IMG/VR virus record: IMGVR_UViG_3300045988_134824
Span: 72,744-136,743 of that record
Reading direction: 5' to 3' (one strand)
From: a virus
DNA length: 64,000 nt
The position numbers and the translations under genes were made by a program. Of the stretch, positions 55,687 through 64,000 are shown one piece after another; position 1 is the stretch's first letter; every line of letters starts with the position of its first letter. A model generated the notes under the pieces. It did no database searches. It was given only the letters and a program-made list of their open reading frames with translations, and was not told where the DNA came from.

Positions 55687-56715
55687 ATGGATGTAGCACA
55701 GCTAAAAGAATATATATACGACAATAATTATGTAGAAAATATTCTGAAAGATATAGGCTGTCATCATATTAAATATCATTCGTCTGGATATTGGAGCTGT
55801 GCAAATAAAGATGGGGATAATGAATCCGCAGTTATTACATATAACAACGAAAACCTAAATTGCACAAATTATACAAGAAAAATGACAGCAAAAGAAAGAC
55901 AGACGGATTTAATTGACTTGGTATGCTTTACAAAAAGTCTGTCTTTCCCAGACGGTTTAAAATATCTAGCCAATTTGATCGGCATAGATTATTATCATGA
56001 TTTTAATGAGCAACTGCCAGAAAGTTTGCAGATCACCCAATTGATTCATGATATGAAAGAACATATAGAAACTGAAGAAGATAAACCAGTCAAACCAATT
56101 TCAAAACGAATTCTTTCTTATTATAAGGACTATGTTAATGATCTGTTTTATGAAGATCATATTAGTTATTTAACGCAGAAGGAATTTAATATTGGCTATG
56201 ACGAAGATACAAATAGAATTACAATACCTATTTTTTCTGAAATTGGTGATTTGGTAGGTGTTAAAGGACGATTGTTTAAGAAAGAGTTAGATAAACATGA
56301 TTTGAAATATTTATATATTGAGCCATGCGCTAGACAAAGAATCTTATATGGATTAAATAAAACTCTACCTTATATAGAAAGGGTTGGAAGAGTATATGTT
56401 GCTGAAGCAGAAAAAGCTGTCATGCAGCTATGGTCATATGGATATCAAAATGTTGTGGCGACTGGCGGCAAGCAAGTTTCAAGACAGCAAATTGACATGT
56501 TAACAAGACTCGGAGTTGAAGTAGTATTTATTTTTGACAAAGATGTTGAGTTAGAAGAGATTCAAAAGCTTGGCGATCGTTTTATTGATGGAGTTCCGAT
56601 TTCATACATTATGGATAACTCAAAAGAAGGAATCCTTGATGAAAAAGAATCACCTACTGATGACCCTAAAAAATGGGAACTATTGTTAAATAACTATTTG
56701 TATACACTTAAATAA
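55687..56715 (+). CDS. DnaG-type DNA primase (zinc-binding N-terminus + TOPRIM)
   Basis: CHHIKYHSSGYWSC zinc motif; TOPRIM YVAEAEKAVMQLWSYGYQNVVATGG...FIFDKD. Confidence 0.65.
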   Translation: MDVAQLKEYIYDNNYVENILKDIGCHHIKYHSSGYWSCANKDGDNESAVITYNNENLNCTNYTRKMTAKERQTDLIDLVCFTKSLSFPDGLKYLANLIGIDYYHDFNEQLPESLQITQLIHDMKEHIETEEDKPVKPISKRILSYYKDYVNDLFYEDHISYLTQKEFNIGYDEDTNRITIPIFSEIGDLVGVKGRLFKKELDKHDLKYLYIEPCARQRILYGLNKTLPYIERVGRVYVAEAEKAVMQLWSYGYQNVVATGGKQVSRQQIDMLTRLGVEVVFIFDKDVELEEIQKLGDRFIDGVPISYIMDNSKEGILDEKESPTDDPKKWELLLNNYLYTLK

Positions 56716-56782
56716 GAACAGGCAGGTTATACATATAAAATACAAATTATATGAAGGTGGCACAAATGATACCTCTAATGTT

Positions 56783-58531
56783 GTGCCAGAAATTTTAAGA
56801 AATAGAGGGATTGATGATTATGAAACGTATTTGAACCTTGATGATAGCGTAATTCAAGATTATGCCGATTTAGAGGGTATCAAAAATGCAGTAAATACAA
56901 CGATTTTTGCACTTAAAAATGGACATAAAATCGGTATTTTAATTGACGAGGACGTAGACGGATTTTGCTCAGCTTCAATGGTATATATGTACTTAAATCG
57001 CATTAATAATGAACTTTATGACAGCAAGAGTAACATTTGTTACTTATTGCATAAAAAAGCAAAAGCTCACGGATTAAGTGAAGATATTACTATACCTGAA
57101 GACGTAAAACTTTTAATAATTCCAGATGCAGGCACCAACGATGTAACACAGTGTACTGAACTTGTAAGTCGTGGCGTACAGATTGTAATTCTTGATCACC
57201 ATGAAAAAGAAGAATCTGAAATTAAAATGCCAGAGGAAGTTGTAATTGTAAATAACCAGTGCAGTCCACACTATAAGAACAAAGACTTATGTGGGGCAGG
57301 CGTTGTTTATAGATTTTTGCAAGCAATGGATGACGAATTATGGATCAATTATGCTGATGATTATTTAGATTTATGTGCATTAGCGAATATCGGTGATGTC
57401 ATGGATATGAGATCATTTGAGACACGTCGTTTAGTGGATAAAGGGATTCAGAATCTTCAGAATAAATGCTTCAAAGCGCTGATCAATGCACAAGACTATT
57501 CAATGCACAGTATTGTTAATATCCATAATGTTCAGTGGTATATCGTTCCAATTATCAATGGTATGGTACGATTTGGTTCTTTGAAAGATAAAGAATTAGT
57601 TTTTAGAGCATTTATTGAAGACTATGAGGTATTTGACTATAAGAAAAGAGCAACAAAAAACAACCCTGCGGAAGTAATCAAAGAGAATATTTACGATCGT
57701 GCCGCTCGATTATGCAAAAATGCTAAAGGCAAACAGGATCGTCAAAAGAAAAAGATGGTTCCGATTATTATGAAAGAGGCAGAAAAAGATAAAGATAGTA
57801 AGATTACTATTCTTGATGTTACAGAAACATTAGATAGCAGTTTGACAGGATTGGTTGCCATTAAGATTGCTGAAGATATGAACAGACCATGTTTGTTATT
57901 ACGAAAACATATTAATCCAGAAACAGGATTAGTAGAAATGAGTGGTAGTGCAAGAAATGTAGACCATAGCCCGATTGATAGTTTGAAAGATGTGATATCC
58001 GAAACAAATTCATTTTTATGGGCAAAAGGTCACGCCAATGCATTTGGATGTTCGACAGATAATATCTCTGGAGCACTCACAGAATTAAACGACAAGCTGA
58101 AAGATATTAAATATGATTCAACTTATAGAGTTGATTTCATTGTAGATGCTTGTAGATTAGAGTTTGAACTACTACAGGAAATGTCTAAATTGGATGATAT
58201 TCGCGGGCAGGGCATTGATGATCCGATGATTGCTGTCGAGAATATCACATTAAATAAGGAAGAAATTAATGTTGTTGGTAAGAAAATGGATACAATGCAA
58301 TTCAAGATTAATGATATTCCATGCGTGATGTTTAGATGTAATGAAAAAAATAAGATTTATGATTGGATTATGAATGATTTTTCTGACGAAGGCACAGTTA
58401 CATTTGAATTAGTAGGAACTGCACAGACTAATATCTTTAACGGAATTAGACAATATCAAATTGCGGTTGATGATATTAATGTTCTGAGCATTACAACAGA
58501 TGAAGAATTAGACGAAGATATTTGGGATTGA
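56783..58531 (+). CDS. RecJ-like DHH-family single-strand DNA exonuclease (GTG start)
   Basis: DEDVDGFCS (motif I), IILDHHE (DHH), GHANAFG (DHHA1); 582 aa. Confidence 0.65.
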   Translation: MPEILRNRGIDDYETYLNLDDSVIQDYADLEGIKNAVNTTIFALKNGHKIGILIDEDVDGFCSASMVYMYLNRINNELYDSKSNICYLLHKKAKAHGLSEDITIPEDVKLLIIPDAGTNDVTQCTELVSRGVQIVILDHHEKEESEIKMPEEVVIVNNQCSPHYKNKDLCGAGVVYRFLQAMDDELWINYADDYLDLCALANIGDVMDMRSFETRRLVDKGIQNLQNKCFKALINAQDYSMHSIVNIHNVQWYIVPIINGMVRFGSLKDKELVFRAFIEDYEVFDYKKRATKNNPAEVIKENIYDRAARLCKNAKGKQDRQKKKMVPIIMKEAEKDKDSKITILDVTETLDSSLTGLVAIKIAEDMNRPCLLLRKHINPETGLVEMSGSARNVDHSPIDSLKDVISETNSFLWAKGHANAFGCSTDNISGALTELNDKLKDIKYDSTYRVDFIVDACRLEFELLQEMSKLDDIRGQGIDDPMIAVENITLNKEEINVVGKKMDTMQFKINDIPCVMFRCNEKNKIYDWIMNDFSDEGTVTFELVGTAQTNIFNGIRQYQIAVDDINVLSITTDEELDEDIWD

Positions 58532-58542
58532 GGTGAAAGTTA

Positions 58543-61500
58543 GTGAGCAGTTCATTACATACACATTCGCATTATTCATTGTTAGATGGATATGCATTAC
58601 CTGAAGAAAACTTACAAAGAGCAGAAGAGATAGGACTAAAAGCCCTGGCTATCACAGAACATGGCAATGAGTATAGTTGGTGCTATTATGATAAGCTTCA
58701 TGAGAAATATCCAAGTGTTAAATTGATTTTTGGAGTTGAATTTTATGAATGCTTTGATATGACAGAACAGAATAAGGATAGCAAATATTTCCATTTAATT
58801 GTATTGGCAAAGAATGAGAATGGTAGAAAAGCAATTAATCAATTGGTAACTGATTCAAATTTTCATGGATTTTACTACAAGCCACGAATTGATCTGAATG
58901 CGTTGAAACCATATGCTAAGGATCTGGTTGTGAGTAGTGCTTGTTTAGCATCTAAACTTGCCAGAGAGCCAGATTATCAGAAATGTGTTGAATATGTTCT
59001 TGAATACAAAGAGATTTTTCCACATTTTTATTTAGAAATGCAGTCACATTCACATCAGGATCAAATGGTATATAATCAGAAAATCTTACGGCTTTCAGTA
59101 GACACTAATACACCATACATTATCACAACTGATAGTCACGCTGCTAGAAAAGAAGATCTGTATTATCAGAACTGGCATGTAAAGCTTGCTCACGATACTG
59201 AAACCGCAGCAGAAATTTATGAAGGATGTTATTTACAATCTGACGATGAAATTCATGCAATTATGGATAACCAAATTGGAGAAGACGCAGTAACTAAAGG
59301 ACTTGAAGAAACTGATAGGATTGCAGATTTAATTGATGAAATTCACATGCCATTTCAGGCACCTCAGTTACCATCTTTCCCATTACCAGAAGGATTTGAA
59401 GATAATTATTCTTATTTAAAGTATCTGATTGATACAGGGTGGGTAAAACGAGGATTCGATAAATTACCAGAAGATGAGCAGAAACTCAGAAAAGAAAGAA
59501 TTGATTATGAGTTAGATATTATTCATTCAATGGGATTCGATGGATACTTCTTGATCGTTTGGGATTTTATCAATTTTGCAAGAGAAAATGGTATTCCAAT
59601 TGGTGCTGGTCGAGGTAGTTGTGCAGGTAGTTTGGTGTGTTACACGATTACAATTACAGACTTAGATCCTATCAAATATGGACTGATTTTTGAAAGATTT
59701 TTAAATCCAGAACGAATTTCAATGCCAGATACAGATACAGATGTTGGTACACGAGATGAGATTATCCAATATTTGATCGATAAGTATGGCGAAAACAGAG
59801 TATGCCAGATTATCAATTTCAGTTTTATTACTCCAATTGTGGCAATCAAAGATGTTGGCAAGGTTTTAGGGTTCAATTATCACGAGATGGACAAACTAAG
59901 TAAAAAATTTGTATATGACACGATTGAAGAATCTTTATGGAATAACAGAGATTTAGCAGAGAATCCAAGATATGAAGAGCTTTTTGACGTTGCATCTCAT
60001 CTTGCAGGTAGAGTAAAAACAGTATCTTCTCATGCAGGTGGTGTTGGAATTGTAGATACAGATATTAGCGATTATATGGCAATGAAACTTGGAACTGATG
60101 GAGAACACGTCATCCAAGTAGATAAACGTATCGTTGAAGAGATTGGGATTATTAAATTTGATATTTTGGGTGTTGCTACATTGAACACTGTAAAAGAAGC
60201 CGAAATTGACGCAGGGTTAACTGAGTTTGATGTAAATATTAACAATCCAAAGTTTGAAATGGATAAAGGATCATATGAATTATTGCGTAGTGCAATGACG
60301 AATGGTGTTTTCCAGGTCGAAAGTGCTGGTATGAAGGATTTGCTGGTTAGGTTACAAGTCTCAAACATGGAAGAGTTGGCAGCTGTATTAGCACTGTATA
60401 GACCAGATGCAATGGATGTCTTAGAAGAATTCATTGAGTATAAACATCATCCAGAGAAAATTGCATATATCCATCCAGATATGGAGCCAATCTTAAAGGA
60501 AACGTATGGATGTATGATTTATCAGGAGCAATTACTTGATATTGTTCGTAAATTTGGTGGTCGAAGTTATGGAGGAGCTGACTTATTCCGTAAGGCGATT
60601 GGTAAGAAGAATATTGAACTTGTAAAGTCTGAATCTAAAAAGCTTTATTACGAGATTATTGAGAATGGATACCCCGAAGAAATTGCAAAACAGATTAGCG
60701 AGACATTATCCCAAAAAGGGGGATACTTATTCAACAAAAGTCATGCGTACTCCTACGCTGTATTATGCTTACAAACAGCGTTTTTAAAGAAACATTATGC
60801 GTTGTGTTTTTTTAAGGCATTATTGAATCGCAATAAAGATAAGGCAGGAATGGTAAATAAATATATTCTTGATGCTAAGGCGTTTAAGATTCAAGTGTTA
60901 CCACCAAACTTAAACAAATCAATGATGAATTTCAGTATTGACGATGTGTATATATTGTTTGGATTATCGGCTATCAGTGGCATTGGAGAAAAAATTGCAA
61001 AGGTAATTCTTGAAGACCGTGATAAAAATGGTAAATTCATAGGATTTGAAAACTTTTGCGAACGTATTAATCCAAGTAAATCACAGGTTATTCAGTTGAT
61101 CAAAGCAGGTGCAATTCCAACAAAGAATAAGCGTAAAACTTTAATTCAGTATTTGAAATCTATGTATCAGCCAACAACATTCAAGCCAGTTGCAAAAGCA
61201 CCGAGTTACAAACAATTACTTATTAAATGGGATATTGACGCTGAAGATTACCGTATAGGTGAGAAGAAATATGATTACGACAAAGATGCAATATTGAAAG
61301 TTTATAACGATAAAAAGTATGAATTGTACAAAGATAAGGAAAAAGAACGATTTCAGAAATTTATCGCACAGAATCAAAAATATCTTGAGAATGAAGATTT
61401 TTGGGAATTTGAAGCATTGCAAATCTTTATCAACGATAACCCATTTGATCAGGCATACAAGTATATGTCAAAACAATTTCAAGATGTTGAAAATGGAGAT

Positions 61501-61776
61501 GATTGTACTGTGGTTGCAGTGATCGCTAAAGTTGATAAAAAGAAAGACAAAAATAAAAAGACATTTGCGTATGTGAATTTATATTCTAGTTTTGGATTGA
61601 CTGAGGCAATCGTCTGGCATTCGCAATTAAAAGAATATGAAGATATGATTACCAAAGGAAATCAGATTGCGATGTTATGCAGAAAAGATTCAGAAGAGAA
61701 GGTTATCGCAAAGAAAATTAAACCATATAAACAATGGCTAGAAGATATTAAGAAAGTGAAGGGGGTTGTCGCCTAA
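58543..61776 (+). CDS. DNA polymerase III alpha subunit (DnaE/PolC-type, N-terminal PHP domain), GTG start
   Basis: LHTHSHYSLLDGYALPEE PHP motif; central GSCAGSLVCYTITITDLDP..PDTDTDV polymerase core; 1077 aa. Confidence 0.85.
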   Translation: MSSSLHTHSHYSLLDGYALPEENLQRAEEIGLKALAITEHGNEYSWCYYDKLHEKYPSVKLIFGVEFYECFDMTEQNKDSKYFHLIVLAKNENGRKAINQLVTDSNFHGFYYKPRIDLNALKPYAKDLVVSSACLASKLAREPDYQKCVEYVLEYKEIFPHFYLEMQSHSHQDQMVYNQKILRLSVDTNTPYIITTDSHAARKEDLYYQNWHVKLAHDTETAAEIYEGCYLQSDDEIHAIMDNQIGEDAVTKGLEETDRIADLIDEIHMPFQAPQLPSFPLPEGFEDNYSYLKYLIDTGWVKRGFDKLPEDEQKLRKERIDYELDIIHSMGFDGYFLIVWDFINFARENGIPIGAGRGSCAGSLVCYTITITDLDPIKYGLIFERFLNPERISMPDTDTDVGTRDEIIQYLIDKYGENRVCQIINFSFITPIVAIKDVGKVLGFNYHEMDKLSKKFVYDTIEESLWNNRDLAENPRYEELFDVASHLAGRVKTVSSHAGGVGIVDTDISDYMAMKLGTDGEHVIQVDKRIVEEIGIIKFDILGVATLNTVKEAEIDAGLTEFDVNINNPKFEMDKGSYELLRSAMTNGVFQVESAGMKDLLVRLQVSNMEELAAVLALYRPDAMDVLEEFIEYKHHPEKIAYIHPDMEPILKETYGCMIYQEQLLDIVRKFGGRSYGGADLFRKAIGKKNIELVKSESKKLYYEIIENGYPEEIAKQISETLSQKGGYLFNKSHAYSYAVLCLQTAFLKKHYALCFFKALLNRNKDKAGMVNKYILDAKAFKIQVLPPNLNKSMMNFSIDDVYILFGLSAISGIGEKIAKVILEDRDKNGKFIGFENFCERINPSKSQVIQLIKAGAIPTKNKRKTLIQYLKSMYQPTTFKPVAKAPSYKQLLIKWDIDAEDYRIGEKKYDYDKDAILKVYNDKKYELYKDKEKERFQKFIAQNQKYLENEDFWEFEALQIFINDNPFDQAYKYMSKQFQDVENGDDCTVVAVIAKVDKKKDKNKKTFAYVNLYSSFGLTEAIVWHSQLKEYEDMITKGNQIAMLCRKDSEEKVIAKKIKPYKQWLEDIKKVKGVVA

Positions 61777-61777
61777 A

Positions 61778-64000
61778 GTGGTGGATAGTACAAAAGAATA
61801 TGAGTTTGAGATTGTCCCATTATATCAGATTTATTATAATGAAGAATCTTTATTTGGGATTTACACATTCTGTACAGCAGAAGATTTACCAGAATGTAAA
61901 CCATATAATAATAATGATTTTGATGACTTATCCGATAAAAAAATGAATAAATGTGGCAAATTGGTTGGTAATATGCAGGAGTTGTATTTAGGAACGAAAT
62001 ATAAGGTTAAAGCCAATATGACATATTCTAAGAAATACAATGAATACCAATATAAACCACTTTCTATAGTTGCTGAAGTTCCTAAAACTTTTGAAGCACA
62101 AAAGGTATTTTTAAAAACACAGACGAACGCAGTGATCGCAGATCAGTTAATTGCGAAATATCCTAATGTTGTTGAAGATGTAATGAATGGTCAGTTAGAG
62201 ATGATTGACCATTCAGAAATCAAAGGACTAGGAGATAAAACTTGGAAGAAGCTTAGAGATAAAATTATTAAAAACTATGTGATTTCTGATATTGTTGTAA
62301 TGTTGCAACCATATGGGGTTACGTTACCAACGATTGAAAGATTATTGAAATCCGAACCTAATCCAAGTGTTTTAAAAAAACAGATTGAACAAAATCCATA
62401 TATACTAACTAGGGTAAAGGGCATGGGCTTTAAACGAGTTGATGATATTGCGCTCAAATTAAAACCAGAATTGCGATGCTCAAATCAACGGTTAAACGCA
62501 TTTATTTCCTACGACTTGCATCAAGTTGGTGATAATGATGGACATACATATGTGTATATCAAAAATTTAAGAAGCAATATTAGTAATGCAGCGTCTGAAT
62601 GCTTACCTATATTTGACGAATGGTTTGATGAAGAATCAGATAAAAAATTACCAAATTATTTATATACATCTGGAGATAAAATTGGTCTGAAATCGTATTA
62701 TAAAATTGAAATGGATATTTACGAATTTATTAAAGATATGGAGAAATATTCATTTGGAAATACAACAGATTACGAACCAATAACAGATAGTGAGATTAGT
62801 CAGACGATTTCTGAAGTTGAAGATGAAGAAGGGTTTATGTTTTCAGAAGAACAAATTACAGGAGTTAACAAAGCATTAAATTGCCAAGTTGTGTTTATTT
62901 CTGGAGAAGCTGGAACTGGTAAAACAACAATTCTGAAACCAATTATTAAATGCTACCAAAAAAGAAATAATAGCATTGTTGCGTGTGCTTTATCTGCAAA
63001 AGCAGCCCAAAGAATTAAAGAAGCAACAGGCTTAGACTCACGGACTATTCATAGGTTACTTGTAGCAGAAGGTATTGATAGTTTTTGTTATAACCAAGAT
63101 AACCCATTACCTGCTGATGTAGTAATCATGGATGAAAGTAGCATGACAAATGCGAGCCTTTTCTATAATTTTTTATTGGCAATTCGACCAGGAACACGAT
63201 TAATTTTTTGTGGTGACTATATGCAGTTGCCACCGATTGGATTTGGTAATATTTTCTCGGATCTGTTGAAAAAGAAAGGTTTAAATAGTGTACAGCTTAC
63301 CAAACCGATGAGACAAGCAGAAAAATCTGGTATTTTAACGGATGCAAGAAAGATTCGCAGAGGGATTAATCCATTGGATAGCCCACAATTAAAAATTGTT
63401 CATGGTGAACTAAATGATATGTTTTATTTGTTCAGGAAGAATAGAGAATCATTGTTCAATATGGCAGTAAAGCAGTATATCAAATCTGTCAAAGAGGAAG
63501 GGCTTGACAATGTTGTGATTATTTCTCCACGAAGAAGTAATTGTACGAACAGCACAGATGAATTGAACAAAGCAGTACAGAAAGAATTATTTGCTAGTAG
63601 TAACAAACCATTTGTTGAATTCAAAGATCGTAAATACTATTTAGGAGATAAGGTATTACAGACTTCAAATGATTACGAGCGAGATGTATTCAATGGTGAT
63701 ATTGGATACATTACAGAGATTGACAAAGAAAAAGAAATATGTTTGGTGTCTATGAATGCAAATATTGAAGAAAAGCTGATTGAATATTCTTTCGCTCAGT
63801 TAGGACAACTGCAATTAGCATATGCATTAACCACGCATAAACTTCAAGGATCAGCTGCGCAAACTGTGATCGGTATTATTGACAATACACATTACAAATT
63901 GCTTGATAACTGTATGTTATATACAATGTTGACACGAGCTAAGAAAAGATTTGCACTCCTTGCAGAGCCAGAAGCGTTTAAGAGATGTATTATGACAAAT
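61778..64000 (+). CDS. RecD-like SF1 DNA helicase (partial, runs off window end; not in ORF track)
   Basis: helix-hairpin-helix (VKGMGFKRVDDIALKL), Walker A VFISGEAGTGKTT, DE in VVIMDESSM, C-terminal helicase motifs TTHKLQGS. Confidence 0.65.
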   Translation, partial: MVDSTKEYEFEIVPLYQIYYNEESLFGIYTFCTAEDLPECKPYNNNDFDDLSDKKMNKCGKLVGNMQELYLGTKYKVKANMTYSKKYNEYQYKPLSIVAEVPKTFEAQKVFLKTQTNAVIADQLIAKYPNVVEDVMNGQLEMIDHSEIKGLGDKTWKKLRDKIIKNYVISDIVVMLQPYGVTLPTIERLLKSEPNPSVLKKQIEQNPYILTRVKGMGFKRVDDIALKLKPELRCSNQRLNAFISYDLHQVGDNDGHTYVYIKNLRSNISNAASECLPIFDEWFDEESDKKLPNYLYTSGDKIGLKSYYKIEMDIYEFIKDMEKYSFGNTTDYEPITDSEISQTISEVEDEEGFMFSEEQITGVNKALNCQVVFISGEAGTGKTTILKPIIKCYQKRNNSIVACALSAKAAQRIKEATGLDSRTIHRLLVAEGIDSFCYNQDNPLPADVVIMDESSMTNASLFYNFLLAIRPGTRLIFCGDYMQLPPIGFGNIFSDLLKKKGLNSVQLTKPMRQAEKSGILTDARKIRRGINPLDSPQLKIVHGELNDMFYLFRKNRESLFNMAVKQYIKSVKEEGLDNVVIISPRRSNCTNSTDELNKAVQKELFASSNKPFVEFKDRKYYLGDKVLQTSNDYERDVFNGDIGYITEIDKEKEICLVSMNANIEEKLIEYSFAQLGQLQLAYALTTHKLQGSAAQTVIGIIDNTHYKLLDNCMLYTMLTRAKKRFALLAEPEAFKRCIMTN

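Overview
This AT-rich (~33% GC) window is almost entirely coding on the + strand and reads as part of a large Firmicutes-type bacteriophage genome. Only two minus-strand genes look real, both XRE-family repressor-like genes.

Order of the window:
(i) a repressor/operator switch region followed by a ~0.9-kb structured non-coding stretch;
(ii) a long run of small early genes, including ArdA antirestriction, four KilA-N/ORF6N/Bro-N antirepressor-like proteins, an RHH regulator, a replisome-organizer protein, a tyrosine recombinase and a metallophosphatase;
(iii) an accessory block with an orphan MazF/PemK-like toxin, a radical-SAM enzyme, a flotillin (SPFH) plus PspA-like membrane pair and an interrupted tRNA-like gene;
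(iv) a TnpB/Cas12-like RuvC nuclease gene (37761-39368) immediately followed by three tandem mini CRISPR-like arrays (36-nt repeats, 29-31-nt spacers, degenerate distal repeats), each preceded by a conserved ~100-160-nt unit. This is a candidate compact phage-encoded type V CRISPR-Cas-like system with tracr/omega-RNA-like scaffolds;
(v) a block with a DHH-DHHA1 phosphoesterase, two nucleoside 2-deoxyribosyltransferase-like paralogs, a Pol-beta-type nucleotidyltransferase with a HigA-like HTH partner, PcfJ-like protein and two sigma-70-family factors;
(vi) a replication module: SSB-like protein, Sak4/AAA_24 ATPase, DnaB-like helicase, DnaG-type primase, RecJ-like exonuclease, PHP-domain Pol III alpha and RecD-like helicase.

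All calls are from reading the sequence and ORF translations; no database search was possible. Many track ORFs start at GTG/TTG a few codons upstream of the likely ATG.
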